This document shows, piece by piece, positions 1 through 14,000 of a stretch of DNA of 64,000 nucleotides. Every line of letters starts with the position of its first letter. Position 1 is the first letter of the stretch. Under the pieces are notes generated by a model, which saw only the letters and a program-made list of their open reading frames with translations, made no database searches and had not been told where the DNA came from. Both the position numbers and the translations under genes were made by a program. Source of the stretch: Lingula anatina (lineage: Eukaryota > Animalia > Brachiopoda); the NCBI GenBank assembly GCA_051362555.1, contig CM120640.1, forward strand, positions 4,216,001 through 4,280,000. Direction: 5' to 3'.

Positions 1-944
1 CTTTAAAGGTAAACAGATGGATTGTTTTGAAAAAGAAGTTCGCAGTTATAGCTTGTAATATATTTTGTATTTTTTTAATGTTAACATCGATGGCCTGTGT
101 GTATTTTTATCGCATTTTAAGATAATTTTTATTACTCCAAATTATCTTTTTGTCCGACACTGGCTGCATGCACTGTTAGACTTGAGTAGCGCAGCATGGT
201 TGGGTATACAAAAAATAACAAGCAGTGAAGTAGTATTGAGCTGGTGCTCGACATGCTTTGAAAATTGCACACTTGGAATTTTATAGTTCATCTTTTAAGG
301 CAAATAAATTAAAGATATTTGATTATTATTATTATTATTATTAATTTATTTTCAATTATTTCCAAATTGAAATAAAATAAGTTTGATGCTTGATCATTCT
401 TCAATTTGAAGTCCTTTGCAAGACTTTGTTAAGCTTTATGTAAAATACTTGTAATGAAAATTTCAAAAACGGAGATAATGCTCAGAGCATGTAATATGCT
501 GACAAGAAATGTTGATGAAATTGGAGGGTTCAACTGTCTTATGATGCGAAGATTGCCATCAGATAACAAACAATGTGGGAAAATACACTTCTGAAAGCAT
601 GATAATATTATTATTTTTTTATACAAACAATTTCATTTATTTTTAGTGAAGTTTCATTAGTTCATTGTATATAACCTATTCATATAATTTTGTGTTAGAT
701 TAAAAGACTTTTAAGTAGGCATTATAATTAGCTTTCATTTTATCTCGTTGGTTTTTTCTGTGGATTAGATTTTTACTGTGTATTGTTTAGGCAATCTGCA
801 AAAAATGGGCAATTACTTTTCTGTAAGAGACATGTTTATGTTCCTATTGATTTTTTCTTGTTGGTATGCATTCAGTGCACTGACTTATATATAAATTCTG
901 AGTTTTTTTTTTTTTTTTGTTCCAGGTTCGCCACAAACAACAAA

Positions 945-2129
945 ATGGAAGTGCTGCATCACAGTTCTGTTTTCACTGTAGCTGCTTTCACAGTGTTATG
1001 TCTCTCTGGTTGGGGGATCAGTGCCCTGCCCAACCTCACCTGTCCCAAGGACCTGCCACAGGGGTGCTCATGTAACGACACCACAGCCACATTTACTTGC
1101 CGAAACACAAACTTTCAAAATGCTGATGTTCTAAAACAAGTGCCACTGAATGCAAGGACAGTTGTGTTCACTGGGAACAACATCCAAGAGCTTCCTATCA
1201 ACGTAGTGGGAAACTGCTCCCATGACAGCACACTGCAGCATAAGAACTTAACCAGTCTGGATCTTTCCAATAACAGCATCAGAGTGATACCAGGCCAGTC
1301 ATTCCATTGCATTCCTAATCTAAGAATCCTCACATTGAATGAAAACAACTGGATGCTGGACAACCACACGCGGGTGTTCAGCAATTTGGGCAGTTTAGAG
1401 ACTTTGAACTTAAGGAATGCATTGCAGGATAATCCTAGCACACAGTATATGACTTTCATGCGTTTTATTTTGACTGATAGTAATATAATTCAGTTGAAAT
1501 ACTTGGATTTATCCAAGAATGAGATAGAAATTTTTCCCATTAATGCACAGGATATGTTGTGCAAGATCCCGAATCTCCAGTGGTTGGATCTGTCTAACAA
1601 CAAGATTGGCTCAATAGGCACAATGAACCTGAATGTGACCTGCTCTAGCAAACTGAAACATCTTAATCTGACTCAGAATAATATCTCAGTGTTGAAGTCA
1701 GAATTCCTGACTGCTCTGAAAAAACTGCAGCTCACCAATGTATATCTTGGTAACAATCCATTTCTCTGTGATTGTGACTTACAGGATTTCTATAATTGGC
1801 TGAAGGTGAGTAACAGCAGTCACTTCGTTATTGACAAACAAACACTCCAATGTGAATTACCAATACAACTGGCTGATCACAAGATTTTAGATCTGACCCA
1901 GGGTGAACTGGTCTGCTCAGAGGACTTCCCTCAGAAGTCACTGCCTGGCTCCTATGTGGCACTTAGTGTGGTCTGTGGCATCCTGGGCGTACTGACACTA
2001 GCCGTTATCTACATGAACAGACACAAGGTCCAGGCATGCATGAAAAGGATGACCAAGCCATTCAGACTTACAGAAGACACCCACATCGGCTACGCAGCAG
2101 TGCAGACCTCTCAGACAGGACAGGTGTGA
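945..2129 (+). CDS. Leucine-rich-repeat type I membrane protein, trophoblast glycoprotein (5T4/TPBG/WAIF1)-like, 394 aa, single coding exon
   Basis: Polypyrimidine tract + CAG acceptor ending at 925, ATG at 945. Signal peptide (MEVLHHSSVFTVAAFTVLCLSGWGISA), LRRNT (CPKDLPQGCSC), several LxxLxLxxN repeats, LRRCT (NPFLCDC...C...P...C). TM helix SYVALSVVCGILGVLTLAVIYMNR resembles the TPBG TM segment (SYVFLGIVLALIG...LYLNRK). Short cytoplasmic tail. Confidence 0.85.
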   Translation: MEVLHHSSVFTVAAFTVLCLSGWGISALPNLTCPKDLPQGCSCNDTTATFTCRNTNFQNADVLKQVPLNARTVVFTGNNIQELPINVVGNCSHDSTLQHKNLTSLDLSNNSIRVIPGQSFHCIPNLRILTLNENNWMLDNHTRVFSNLGSLETLNLRNALQDNPSTQYMTFMRFILTDSNIIQLKYLDLSKNEIEIFPINAQDMLCKIPNLQWLDLSNNKIGSIGTMNLNVTCSSKLKHLNLTQNNISVLKSEFLTALKKLQLTNVYLGNNPFLCDCDLQDFYNWLKVSNSSHFVIDKQTLQCELPIQLADHKILDLTQGELVCSEDFPQKSLPGSYVALSVVCGILGVLTLAVIYMNRHKVQACMKRMTKPFRLTEDTHIGYAAVQTSQTGQV

Positions 2130-2229
2130 TTGAGATATAGACAGTGTTGACTGTTCTCTTGCAGATTTCCTGTACATCTCAAAATATATGTAAAAGAGTA
2201 TTTTATTTGTAATGAGGATAGATGTCATT

Positions 2230-2232
<3 letters not shown>

Positions 2233-2296
<64 letters not shown>
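2233..2296. repeat. (AT)n microsatellite in the LRR gene 3' UTR
   Basis: Perfect AT dinucleotide run. Confidence 0.95.
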
Positions 2297-2301
<5 letters not shown>

Positions 2302-4449
2302 AACTGTTAAAGCTAAATTTTAAAAGGTGGTGATGTTTTTTTAAACACAGCATTTAAAACTGGAGTCTGCACCCTCTCTTTGAGTAGTTCCATCAATTTT
2401 ATGTCAATTTAATGCATGCTCTAGATGTATAAAATATAGCATTTCAGTATTGAGGGTTAGAGCACTGCAATGAATTCTAATGGAACCTTGAATGGTATCT
2501 ATTTGGTGATTGACATTTTTCAATAATTGGCTATTTGACTATTACCCATGATCATTTCATTATCTCAATCACATTTCTATCAACTAGTATTATTGAATCA
2601 TTTTCATTGTGTACTTATGTGCCTATTTCTCAGAAAATTGCCATTTTGATATATTTGTCTGTGTCTAATAATCATGTTATTAGATGCCAGTCCTGAGTTT
2701 TATATTCTTGCAGATTATCGGCTGTTGGGGTCAACTAGCCTACTCTATGTACAGTACTTAAAACCATCGCCTTCCTTTTATTCATAGTTACCAATTACAA
2801 TCAGTTATTTTTTCATTGGTATTTCTGCCATCTTACAAGAAAGTATCTGGATTAGATTGACACCAGATTGGGTACCATATAGATTGGAGTCTGTAAAAGG
2901 CAAGGTTTCAGTTTTTAAATGAACCTGGCAGCTGTATTGGGCTCTAAAACTTGGGGGGAAAAACATCACTAATCTTAATTCACAGTACAGGGTTGTCGTG
3001 ATATTACCCTTCACAACTATTGATTCTCAGTCATACTTTATAGTAGCTCATAAGAACAAGGCTAATGAAATTGTCCTTAATTAATAAGTAAGGTTATGCC
3101 CTATCTGATGTCTTGGCAATAGACATTTACAGCTTGTAATTTTCTTTTCCTTTCATGCAAGCTCCAATACATGTGTGAAAATCTCTATATGCCATTGAGG
3201 TGTTTTATCATTATCATTTTTTATGCTGAGAAGTGTTGTGGTACATTTGTATTTATCACAGAGATTTGTGTTGATGAGGATTTTGCATGGCACTGTGTGT
3301 GTTGATTGTATTGCAAGGTGGAGTAAAACCTTTGAATCATGAATAATGTACATGTAGATAAATGTGCTGTTTTGGAATACAGAGATGCTGTGATTTTTAT
3401 GTATTGATTTGAAATCTACCTTTATATATGTATATATACAGGCTTTAATGTTAAGAAATATAATTGTAATTGTCATGGTTAATGTAGATTAGTGTAAATA
3501 TGCTGTTTTTAACCAAAAATATTAACTTATGACTTTATTAGCAACATTTTAACCTTTTTATTTAATGGGAGGGGTTTAAAGTATTATAAATGCATTTGTT
3601 ACTTGTTTGAGTATTGAGCCATCAGAAGTATTTAAACATAAATCCTGTTAGATCAATCCATCTTTAGATCAAAACTGACATATTTTGAGAATGAAGAGTA
3701 AAATTTTTAGAAAGATCTCTGTAGATTTTTCATCAAAGACTGATATTATAGCTATTATCTTTGTCCATTTCCTTGATTGGTCAATTGGCATCACATCCCA
3801 AGTTGAAAAGATGCTGAATTGAAGGATATGATAGTTTAGACAGTAATCAGCATTATGGGAATGTTTTTTTTTTTACCATTCAGTGCTTGTATCGTGCCCC
3901 TGTGCACACTCCAGGCAAATGAGTTATACTTAACAGATAACATTCAAATGCATGAAGTAGGATAGCATAATATCAAGCAACTTTGGGGATATTATCTTTT
4001 TCATTGGTTGATGGAAAATACCACGGAACAATTGTAATCTGTGTTTAGGGAATATTGGGAAGTTAGAAATTCATGAAACAGTAGCTAATTACATAGTACC
4101 ATATCTGCCCCATGAGACTAATATGTCAATATAAGATAATTGTGTAATCATGTTGCAGTTTTTGGAATACTTAAGAGGGAAAAAAAAGATTAAGCAGAAG
4201 TAGCTAGAGAAATTGACAACAGCATTGCAAATATGCAAAGCGTAGTTCTGTAGTTATACATTTTTTTTTTCAATTGAGAAACTGAAAAATGCTATTTTGT
4301 ATAAGTATATGGCACATCTTAAGTTTTGATTCAAGAGTGACTCATTTTTTTTTTTTATGCATTTTACTTTCATTTTTGCTTTAGAGTTTGTGAAGCACAA
4401 GATCTTAAAAAGGCATTAGATTTACTCCAATGTTCCATGTCTTCCTGAG

Positions 4450-4455
4450 AATAAA
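4450..4455 (+). terminator. Probable polyadenylation signal of the LRR gene
   Basis: AATAAA followed about 30-90 nt later by a GT/T-rich tract (ggtttttctgatcttgtgttttgttcttttt). Confidence 0.45.
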
Positions 4456-7400
4456 CTGAATGCTAATTTTTTATTAATTCATGGTTTTTCTGATCTTGTG
4501 TTTTGTTCTTTTTACAGTGTCTTTTGTATTTCTGTCCTTGAACCTCCACCTCGGTCTATTTTACAATGATCACTTCTCATTTGTTATCATATGATAATAA
4601 AACTACAATACACTAGAACTTATTACACAAACTGAACAAATACAAACAAGGACCCTTATAAATGATAACAAAACATTCCTGTATTGTAGTTTAACGTCAT
4701 AATTTGAGCTTGGATTTAAAGATAACATTATTGTTGACTAATGCACCTAAAGCTTTAGAATGTATGTGGGAGCGTGTCCACATCACTGATTAAAAATCAC
4801 TTTGCAGTCTGAACTCGTTCTGCTGCAGGTTAATATGTATTGCTCATATTCTACTCAGCTCACTGGCAAATGTATTTGGGATAGGCATTGATCTTCACAA
4901 ATTAATTGCGTGATACATATCAATTCATAATAGGTTTTAAGAAAATGAGTACATTTGAAATCTTAATGAGTTTCATCAATTTTCTGCTTTCGATAAATTT
5001 AGTTTGTTTTTCTGATCAATGTTTTAGTACAAACACATTCTTTTTGCAAAAATCATAAAAATAAGTAACGCTCAAGTAATCCAACAGTTTTTATTTTATC
5101 ATAAATTTCATTAGCTTGAAGAAACTACCCTGGTAATGTGTGGGTTAGAAAATGCTCTGAGCTATCTTTGCATGTCACTTATGCTTGACAAAAAGCATCA
5201 ACTAGTTGAAAGTTAATGGTTCATAAGTCCCAAGTGTACTGTATTCTCCAGATCACCTCCTAACAGGGCATTTTCCTTTAACTGTTTGCTTTACTATAGC
5301 CTCTTCTGCAAGTCAAACATGGTTATCTAATGTATTTGTACATCATACAACTGTCAGACATGTCCTAACCTCTTCTGCAGGTTCTACGCCCAAAAAGCTT
5401 CCAAAATATATACACAATAGCCTTTTTCCTCAATGTACAAAAGCGCCATTACATTTCAATGAAAAAGCTACCTGTGTCAAATAAATTGTGAATTATGTCA
5501 ACAACCAGTCAGTGCAGGTTATGTATTCTAATATTTTTGAACATGAATACAGCCTGCTGTTATCTTTACCTTGGTGTATTATAACAGGCTTGTTGTGACA
5601 GGCAGACAGATGTGAAGTTTCATTATTTCACCCTGCAAAAGAGAGTAAACGGGCAACAAGAGCTGGTAATATTTGCAGTAGAACACCTGGAACCAATAAT
5701 AATATTGCAAATAGCAGTGATAGGTGAGATAAAGTGGATAGTAAATGGGCAGAGGAACTGTATCTAAGATGTATTCACAGTGAAGTTCTTACACACACTG
5801 ACACTTACAAGCTGAGTGTCAGACGGCACATGGTGTACAGACGTCACTACACATTCCACACTGGAAAGTGCACCCCCTCTTCTCATAAAGAAACTCCAAC
5901 ACAGTAGTTGATTATTTTATTTACAGACCATAAGTATGCACCCCTCGTAAAGATGTAATCTTGAATCGATGAAAAGAAACCACAATTACCAAGGGCAAGT
6001 ATGTTTTATCTTAGACTATGAAAAATGAAGCTACTATGGAATATAATGTTTTTTTTTATATTGGCCCAGTACATATTGCTGAAGAATGTCTGCAAGCTGG
6101 TTAAGGGGCAGCTCTTGTACATTGCCGTGTAATTGAGGGTAATTTTGGAGACAGTAAAGCAAAATAATAGAATAAATATATACAATGGTGATTCATATGC
6201 AGCTTTACACATCTGTTGGTTGCAAATATCAATCACAAAGTCTGCCCACATCAAACTGATTTTTCATTATTAATAACCATATTGCAGCAAAATAAATTTG
6301 CAGCCATGTTATTTGCAAGTCAACTCAGACATGAAATTGGAGACTAGTGCCAGGTTAAAAACAGGTTACATCATTTCAATATAATTTTGCATCCTTGTTC
6401 ACCACCCAAAAGTCTTGCAAATACCTTGCTCAATAGATTATCTTGGCAAATTAATTTTGTATTCAGGGAATATTTGTGATATAAATGTAAGTAATGTACT
6501 TTCGTGACATCAAAATTATAATGTGATTTTAGGACCACATAAAAAGGTCATGAGACCACAGAACCATATTTTTTGCACATTCATCTTCAGTAAAACTGCA
6601 TCATTGGGGCAGGGTATTACAAAAGCATAACTTGTGAAACTTTTACTTATACCTTTATCCTCACAATGGCTATGTTATGTGTGAAACAATCAAGCAAAAG
6701 GTTTGCAATACTGGTAAGCACATGATAAATGTCACAATAAAAATCATTACTGCAGCCAATTCGAAGAAAAACTTCCTTTTCATGTTTAGAAATTCAGATG
6801 AATACAGCTACCCAAAATTTTTTCCATAAATTGCTGTTGGAAACTTAAAGTGACCACTACCAATCTCAATTTACATTTAAGGCCCATGATTTACACCATA
6901 GAGATTAATGGAAAAGTTTTCAAGTCGGGATACTTGGAACTTCATTCGTACAACTATTAGTAAGTAGCATCAATTTATTTGCAACCAGTAGTAAAAGATG
7001 TTATATTCAACATAAGTACCTCCTTGGTATAACAAATAACAATGAATATTATTGTTGAACGTCCAGGACCATCAAAATATTGAAGTGAAAAACAAATCCA
7101 TCCAAGTTTTAATTCATGTACAAATGTTTGGATTTATTTCATTGTTTTTCCCAAGTATACAGATTTCAATTCTAATATTAAACTTCTTCACAAAATGGAA
7201 GAACCAATACCAGTTTTGTTGATATTTTGCCCATTAATCTTCTTTAAAAAATTTAACTACACACAACCTCAGGTAATATTAGTTGCAGTAGTAAAATATT
7301 CATCTCTACCAATTAGTAGCACACAATATTTGTCATGAAACCACTGGCTACATTTATAGCTTAGTAAATCATGATTATGAAAACTATTTTATACACCGGC

Positions 7401-8012
7401 TGTTGCAACAGTGTGCTATCATTATTTCGTCATTTAGAGATGTAAATTCTTGCATAAATGGTGGGAAAAACAATCCATTCTCATAAGCTCTGTGCCTCAA
7501 AAGTATTATATTTGCCTGAGGCACTTGCTTTGAAATGACAATTACCATAGAAATAACTGTACAAAATATTGTAAATACTGCAAATGGGAATGCATCGAGT
7601 TTAAAAATCCAATTTCACGTCCTATTTAAATCTAAGGCATGATGAGTGACCCAGAAAAGAAATGAACCAACTATTTCTGTTTAATATAAGCATATTACTA
7701 TATATTAATTAACACTTCACTGAGCATATGGAATTTGGAAGCATAATTTATATAAATATGTAACGATACAATAATCTGTAAATGAAAATATTTTATCTTA
7801 GCTGGTAAAGCAGTTAATCTGTAAAGTTCAATTCTAATTTACCTCTACAGTTACTTGGATTGAGTAGCTTTTTGAAATTTATAAAAATGGTTGGCTGCTG
7901 TAATTGTTTCCATTTGTTGCTTTGTAATAATACACAGCATATCTGTCCAGTTTGATCAGCAATGGAATAAAGTGGTTTCCCTTAAAATATTATTTACAAA
8001 ATGTATATTTTT

Positions 8013-11000
8013 TTATTCCTGAAGTTCCACATAATTTGCTGGAAAAAGTCCAGATTTGCCATTAAACTCTCCTTTCCACCATCCTTCATCAATCTGAAAT
8101 GTAAAAATAACCACATACAAAACAATATACTGAATACCAAACCAATGTTACATCATCTTACTAATTTACAGAACAAAATTAATAAATCAATGTTTTTCCA
8201 CTGTTTTCTTGCCATAATAAAGGATTCAATATCTACTATAATGATTAAAAATTTCTTGACTGTAATTATCTACATTACCTTCTTTGGTTTATGACTTTCA
8301 AATACCAATGGTCTTGCTCATACTTAACTAACTACTTCATTCATAAAATGAAAAGTCTTATCTTTTAATATGCGCATATGCAAAACTAAGTTAAGATATC
8401 ATTTCTTGTATTCATTACTTACCATTTCAATATTTGTAATAATATCATCTGGATCAAATGTTAGTTCATCATCATCCGCTGTAATAGAAAAGACAATTTT
8501 GTCAATCTAATTGTTGACATATTGTTGCAAACATGTAACAAGAAATACATAATTTCAGTTATGGGTCTTCCACAAAAAGACTGAGTCGCATAAATTTGTA
8601 TAATATTTCTGTTCTATAATCATATCACTTCAATTACTGTTAATATATTTCCACATTGGAGGGTACCATAGTACAAACCAACAAATATAATGGGGCATGT
8701 CAGAATAATGAAAATATAACACAAAATGTGTGCATCATTGAGAGTAACTTTTTTGTGAAATGACCATTATATGATTGTATCTAAATAGAATGCTAAATTG
8801 ATTAAATACATGCAGTATCATTCAAATTACCTGCTTGGTAATCATACAATGCAACAGCTGTGCGACCCTTCCCAGCTGCACTTGGCACATTGTCTGGTGG
8901 TGCTTCGTAATTGTTGTCTTCTTCCTCTTCTTCCTGATAGACAGGTTCTGGCTCTCGTTTCTGGGGTACTTCTTCAGCCTCGTTGTACACTGGCTCTGGC
9001 TCGTAGCTGGGCTGCCCTGCCTCTTGGTATTCCGACTCTTCTGGTTCATAACTGGGCTGCTGGACAGGTTCTGGTTCATACATGGGTTCTGGGGCTTCCT
9101 CTTCTTCTGGCTCTTCCATTGGTGGTTCCTGTTGTTGTTCTTGCTCGCGTCTCCTTGCCTCCTCTTCTCGTTCTCTTGCTCGCCTTTCCTATGGTAAAAA
9201 ACAACACAATAAAGGTTTCTTTCAATTCGTTGTATATATTTTAAATACTGCTCACCCAACCCCCGTCAAAGTACCAAGAAAATGTCAAATATTTAAACCA
9301 AGTATGAAGATGAAAAGGAAATTACCATGAACAATAAATAACAGTTGACAAATGAATCTGTTCACCAGTTCTAACATCAACTACCAATCTTGATTACTGA
9401 TATCTGCAGTCAGGCTGACATCCAGCGGATATACACTGCCTACTGTGACAGTTTTAACATTAAAATGACCATGACAGAATTTTTATTAATTACATGTAAA
9501 TTACATATTCCATGAAGATGAATTATTATTTATTACTTAAAATGAAGATGTTCTTTAAGTTGGAGCTGTGGTTTAAAAACATTTTCCTTAACCCCTGGTA
9601 GCAGTTGAAGCTTTCAAAGACAATTACAACTGCCTTATAACAACATTTTGTTTCTGTTATACATAAAGAACCCACCTCCTCTTTTTTCTTTTGTTCCTCT
9701 CTTTCCCTCGCTTCCCTTGCCTCTCTTCTTGCTCTCTCTTCTTCTGCTCTTTTCCTAGACTCTTCATCATTTTGTTTAGCTAGATTTTCAAATCTAGCTT
9801 TAAGACTTTTAGCACCATCTGAACCTAATAAACAACAACAACTGTCATTCATTTCTCTTTATATCTTTAAATGTCATCACATATACTGCAAATAAGTTAC
9901 ATAATATACAACTGGTGTAACAGTGAAGCTCTAGATACTTTTTATTGGCTTAAATGCCTTTTATGATGGTGCCAAAAAAATCAACATCCCCAAAAAAATA
10001 CCAGCTACATTATTTCAACTTACTCCCAGTTCCTTTCTGTTTCTGATACCCAGAAGTTGGTCCTTTCATATCTTCAAAGGATCCAGCAGACTGAAATCAA
10101 AATACACACCATACAGATTATCAAACATATTCAAAGACTAAATCATAATGCAAGCACAAAATACACAAACACACTTTACATGTAAACCATAAAATAACCC
10201 ACATTCGTTCATTCATGATATTTATAACATGGCATTGCATTACATAGAATTTATGCAGTCACAAAGTAACCACAAACCTGATCTTTTCTGTCTGCCTGCA
10301 CTCCAAATTTGCCGCCATAGCCTTGTTTAGCCTCAGTTTGCGATGGATGCAATTCTGTTTTACTGACATCATCAAAACCCTTGGCAGACTTATCTTGTCT
10401 ATCTGTCTGGACTCCATATTTACCCCCAAATCCAGTGGAATAATCTACACAAAATTACAAAAAAATGTCTGTTTTCATCGTATATAACCAACATAAGAAC
10501 AGTTATCCTGAAATACATATTTTTTTCAAAATAATATTTTTTAAATCAAAAAATGAAAATTTCTTTCATATGCATAAATGATATTAGTTGCACATGAAAA
10601 TCAGAAAAAAAATATCAAAAATACTCCATAAAACATCATTTCATTTGTGTTCAGAGTTTTGTAGAACATCTTCACCATTCATTCATTGATTTTCATACCC
10701 TTCTGAGAGGCATGCTGTGCAAGTTTCTCTTGATGCTCATAACCCAGAGCCGATGCATCAACCCTGTCTTTTTGGATGCCATATTTACCACCAAAACCTG
10801 TTGCATAATCTGTAATCCAAACAATTATCTTTACAGATCAAAAGGGCAAATCATAATTCAATAATCAGGATGAGGATTCATTAATTTATTGCCACTATTT
10901 TCTGCTGCCAATCATTTCATTTGCCACATGACTATAATTAAATAATTTCCAGAAATCAATAACATCATTTTACCATTGCAGTAATCAAATGCACTGATCA

Positions 11001-14000
11001 ATTCTCATAATTAATTTATTTATTTGTATCAATGTGATACAAGGTAAATTTGAAGGATAATGATTGTCTTGATTGTCACCTTTCTGTGAGGCGTGTTTGG
11101 CCAGTTTTTCCTGGTGTTCCCAACCCAGTGCTGATTTGTCAACTCTATCTGTTTGTACACCAAACTTTCCTCCATAACCTGCTGCACTATCTAAATAAAT
11201 CACGTCCAATTCACAGGTAAATTTAACAATTTCAAACTTTCATACTGTTATGGTGCTTATTCAAAAAATAATTCAAAATATCAACGACTCACTCAAGAGA
11301 TATACAATCTTCTAACAAAATAGCAATGTGCAGGTGAAAATGGTGAAAATAAATCACTACCACTTAATGTAAAAGGATGAGGTTAAAAAGAGTGCTCAAA
11401 ATCAAGAGGACACTTTTTGTAAATTTTGAACGCTATTCTACCTTTCTGTGATTCATGTTTTTCTGTTTTGCCTTCATAATCCCAGCCAACAGCAGCCTAA
11501 AAATCAAATCACGTGTTACAATGATGACTGTTTTTGAAATTATTATTGTAATTGCACAAGAAGAGATAACATTTAACATCTACCTCAGCAATCTGTAATC
11601 AAATATTCATATCCCTTGTCATGGGTTAAATGAAATGTTCTATGGTTTTACCTTGTCTACCCTATCTTTTTGTACTCCAAACTTGCCTCCAAAACCTGTT
11701 GTATAATCTGAAAAAAAAATTAAATGTGAACAGTAATTTCAAATATATAATTTTATAACAAGTTGTACAGTCATATTTTGTAATGTATCTTACTTTTAAA
11801 CATTTAACACTATCTAACTTAAAATGCTGTTTTGAAACAAGTGGAAAAATAACTAATTACCACTCGAAAATGTCAAAATGATATCAATAAACAGGACAAT
11901 TTTCTCACCTTTCTGTGACGCATGTTTAGCAGTCTTTCCTTCGTATTCAAAACCAACAGCAGCCTTAAATAGCACAAAAATGTATTAATATTTCCACCTA
12001 CATGTTTGGATAAAAAGCATGCAATTTCCTGCATTTTTTTCCTGGTATAATGCATCTATGATACATATTTCAAATATCTTATTCTTGTCTAACATTAATA
12101 AAAGAAAAAATTCTAGAAATACACTTTTTTTTTGTTCTACCAGAAAGACTCACCTCTGTCTTGATGAGAAAATAATCATGCACAAGATTTTTAATTTATC
12201 TGTGAAGCATTCAAAAATTGAAGTCAACAAAAATTCTGAATCATCCTTGCAAATGCTTCTAGAGACCACCACTAAAATCACTAATTTTACACAGACATAG
12301 ACAAGACTATATTTGAATAATTAGCTGTTAAAAGTGAAACCACTTTACAAACTTAGTTACGGTACCAGGATACTATAGTATCATGAAGACAAATTCAACA
12401 CAGAATGTTGGCTCAACAGCACCAGTTGTCAAGGTCTATATAACAACTTCTAACATGCAAACCAATGTCAGTAAAGGGTCTCACTTTATCTTTTCTATCT
12501 GCTTGAACACCAAATTTGCCACCAAATCCTTTGGATGCATCAGTTTGGCTGGAATGTTTGGCTAAACTTGCTGTATATTCATGCCCCACTGCAGCCTGCA
12601 GAACAGGAAACTCCATAGGTCAACATGCTGAACACTATAATACCAACACCATGGAACACAAAACATTTCTCCCCCCATGCATGGCCAATATGAGCCAAAC
12701 AAATATTAAAAAGCAAACATAATGATATTGAATTGGATATCTATCTTTCCTAAAAAAAGACTGTCCATTTTTTTTCTTTTTAGAAAATCAAGAATGAAAT
12801 ATTTAGAAAATCCAAATTTACTGAAAGAATGAATCACATGATGGTTATAAACTGATTTAACTGTATTTGTAATTTTGTCGATGATCAAATACTGAAGTTT
12901 TGCTGAAACAAAAAACAAACCAAGAATTCAAAATTGTCACGTTACATAAAAAACCATACCCAGAATTTACTCAACAGCCAATATCACACTGGCTTACATT
13001 ACTGTACATGTAACATTAAAAAAAAAGAAATACCATCCCTACATTTAAATTATGAAAGCATGATCGATTATGCTGTGATTGTATCAAGAAATAATAAATT
13101 TTAGATATCCAAGTATGACTGGCTTACACATTCAGAACCTTCCTGTATATATGAGGCATTTCAAAACAGCATTCCTCAATGCCATGCAGGGTAACAGCAT
13201 GTGTAAACTAGTGTATAAACTAAAGCACATAATGAAGGACAAAAAGCTATTTCTGAAAATGTGCAAGGAAGTGAAACCCAACAATATAAAGGAAACAGCT
13301 CTCAAAAGTCATAAATTAGTTTGTTAATGTTTTAACAAATGAAATGTTTGTTAAGTGATGACAACAGTGTCAACTGTACTGAACATATCAACAATATCAA
13401 TAACTGTCGGCCACAATCTTACTTTGTCCATTCGGTCGGTCTGGACTCCATGCTGACCGCCATAACCATAGGATGCTTTTGGACCTGCATCATACTGCTG
13501 TTTCTTAAATGTGGTGTCATCAGTTTGTACCTCCTGTCTAAGCTGCTTCAAACTGTATGAATAATACATAGCATTCACCAATAAGTTTTGAATAAATAAC
13601 AGAAAAATGTTATGTGAAGTGGTAACATCATTTTAACTTCATTCCACACTTGAGCATTTAATAAAAGATGAAGCACTAAAACAACCAGTTATCAGAATGT
13701 TTTTCTTTTGTTCTCTTTGTTTTTACTACATTTTCAGTAATAATCTTAAGACCATGACCACAACACTGTTCACTCAATATACAAATCTATAGGCCACTAA
13801 CAATGCAGGCCTGTAGCCAGGGGGGGTTCGGGGGGGTTCGAAAGAACCGCCCCTTTTGCTGGGAAAAGGTCCATTTGGGTAAAATTTGATCCAGGTACAC
13901 GAAGTTTTTATGGGAAAAGGTTCACTTTTTCAGAAAGAGAACCCCCCTTTTGAAATTGCTGGCTACGGGCCTGCAATGAATCTCACACAACATACCAGAC

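Noticed and set aside
783-944. N-terminal 54-aa extension of the LRR ORF
   Set aside because: Starts at TTG and runs through a poly-T tract and CAG acceptor (925). It is intron plus 5' UTR; the signal peptide begins at ATG 945.
8798-9330. Several overlapping plus-strand and alternative-frame ORFs
   Set aside because: Shadows of the low-complexity Glu/Pro-rich cortactin exon 9188-8831.
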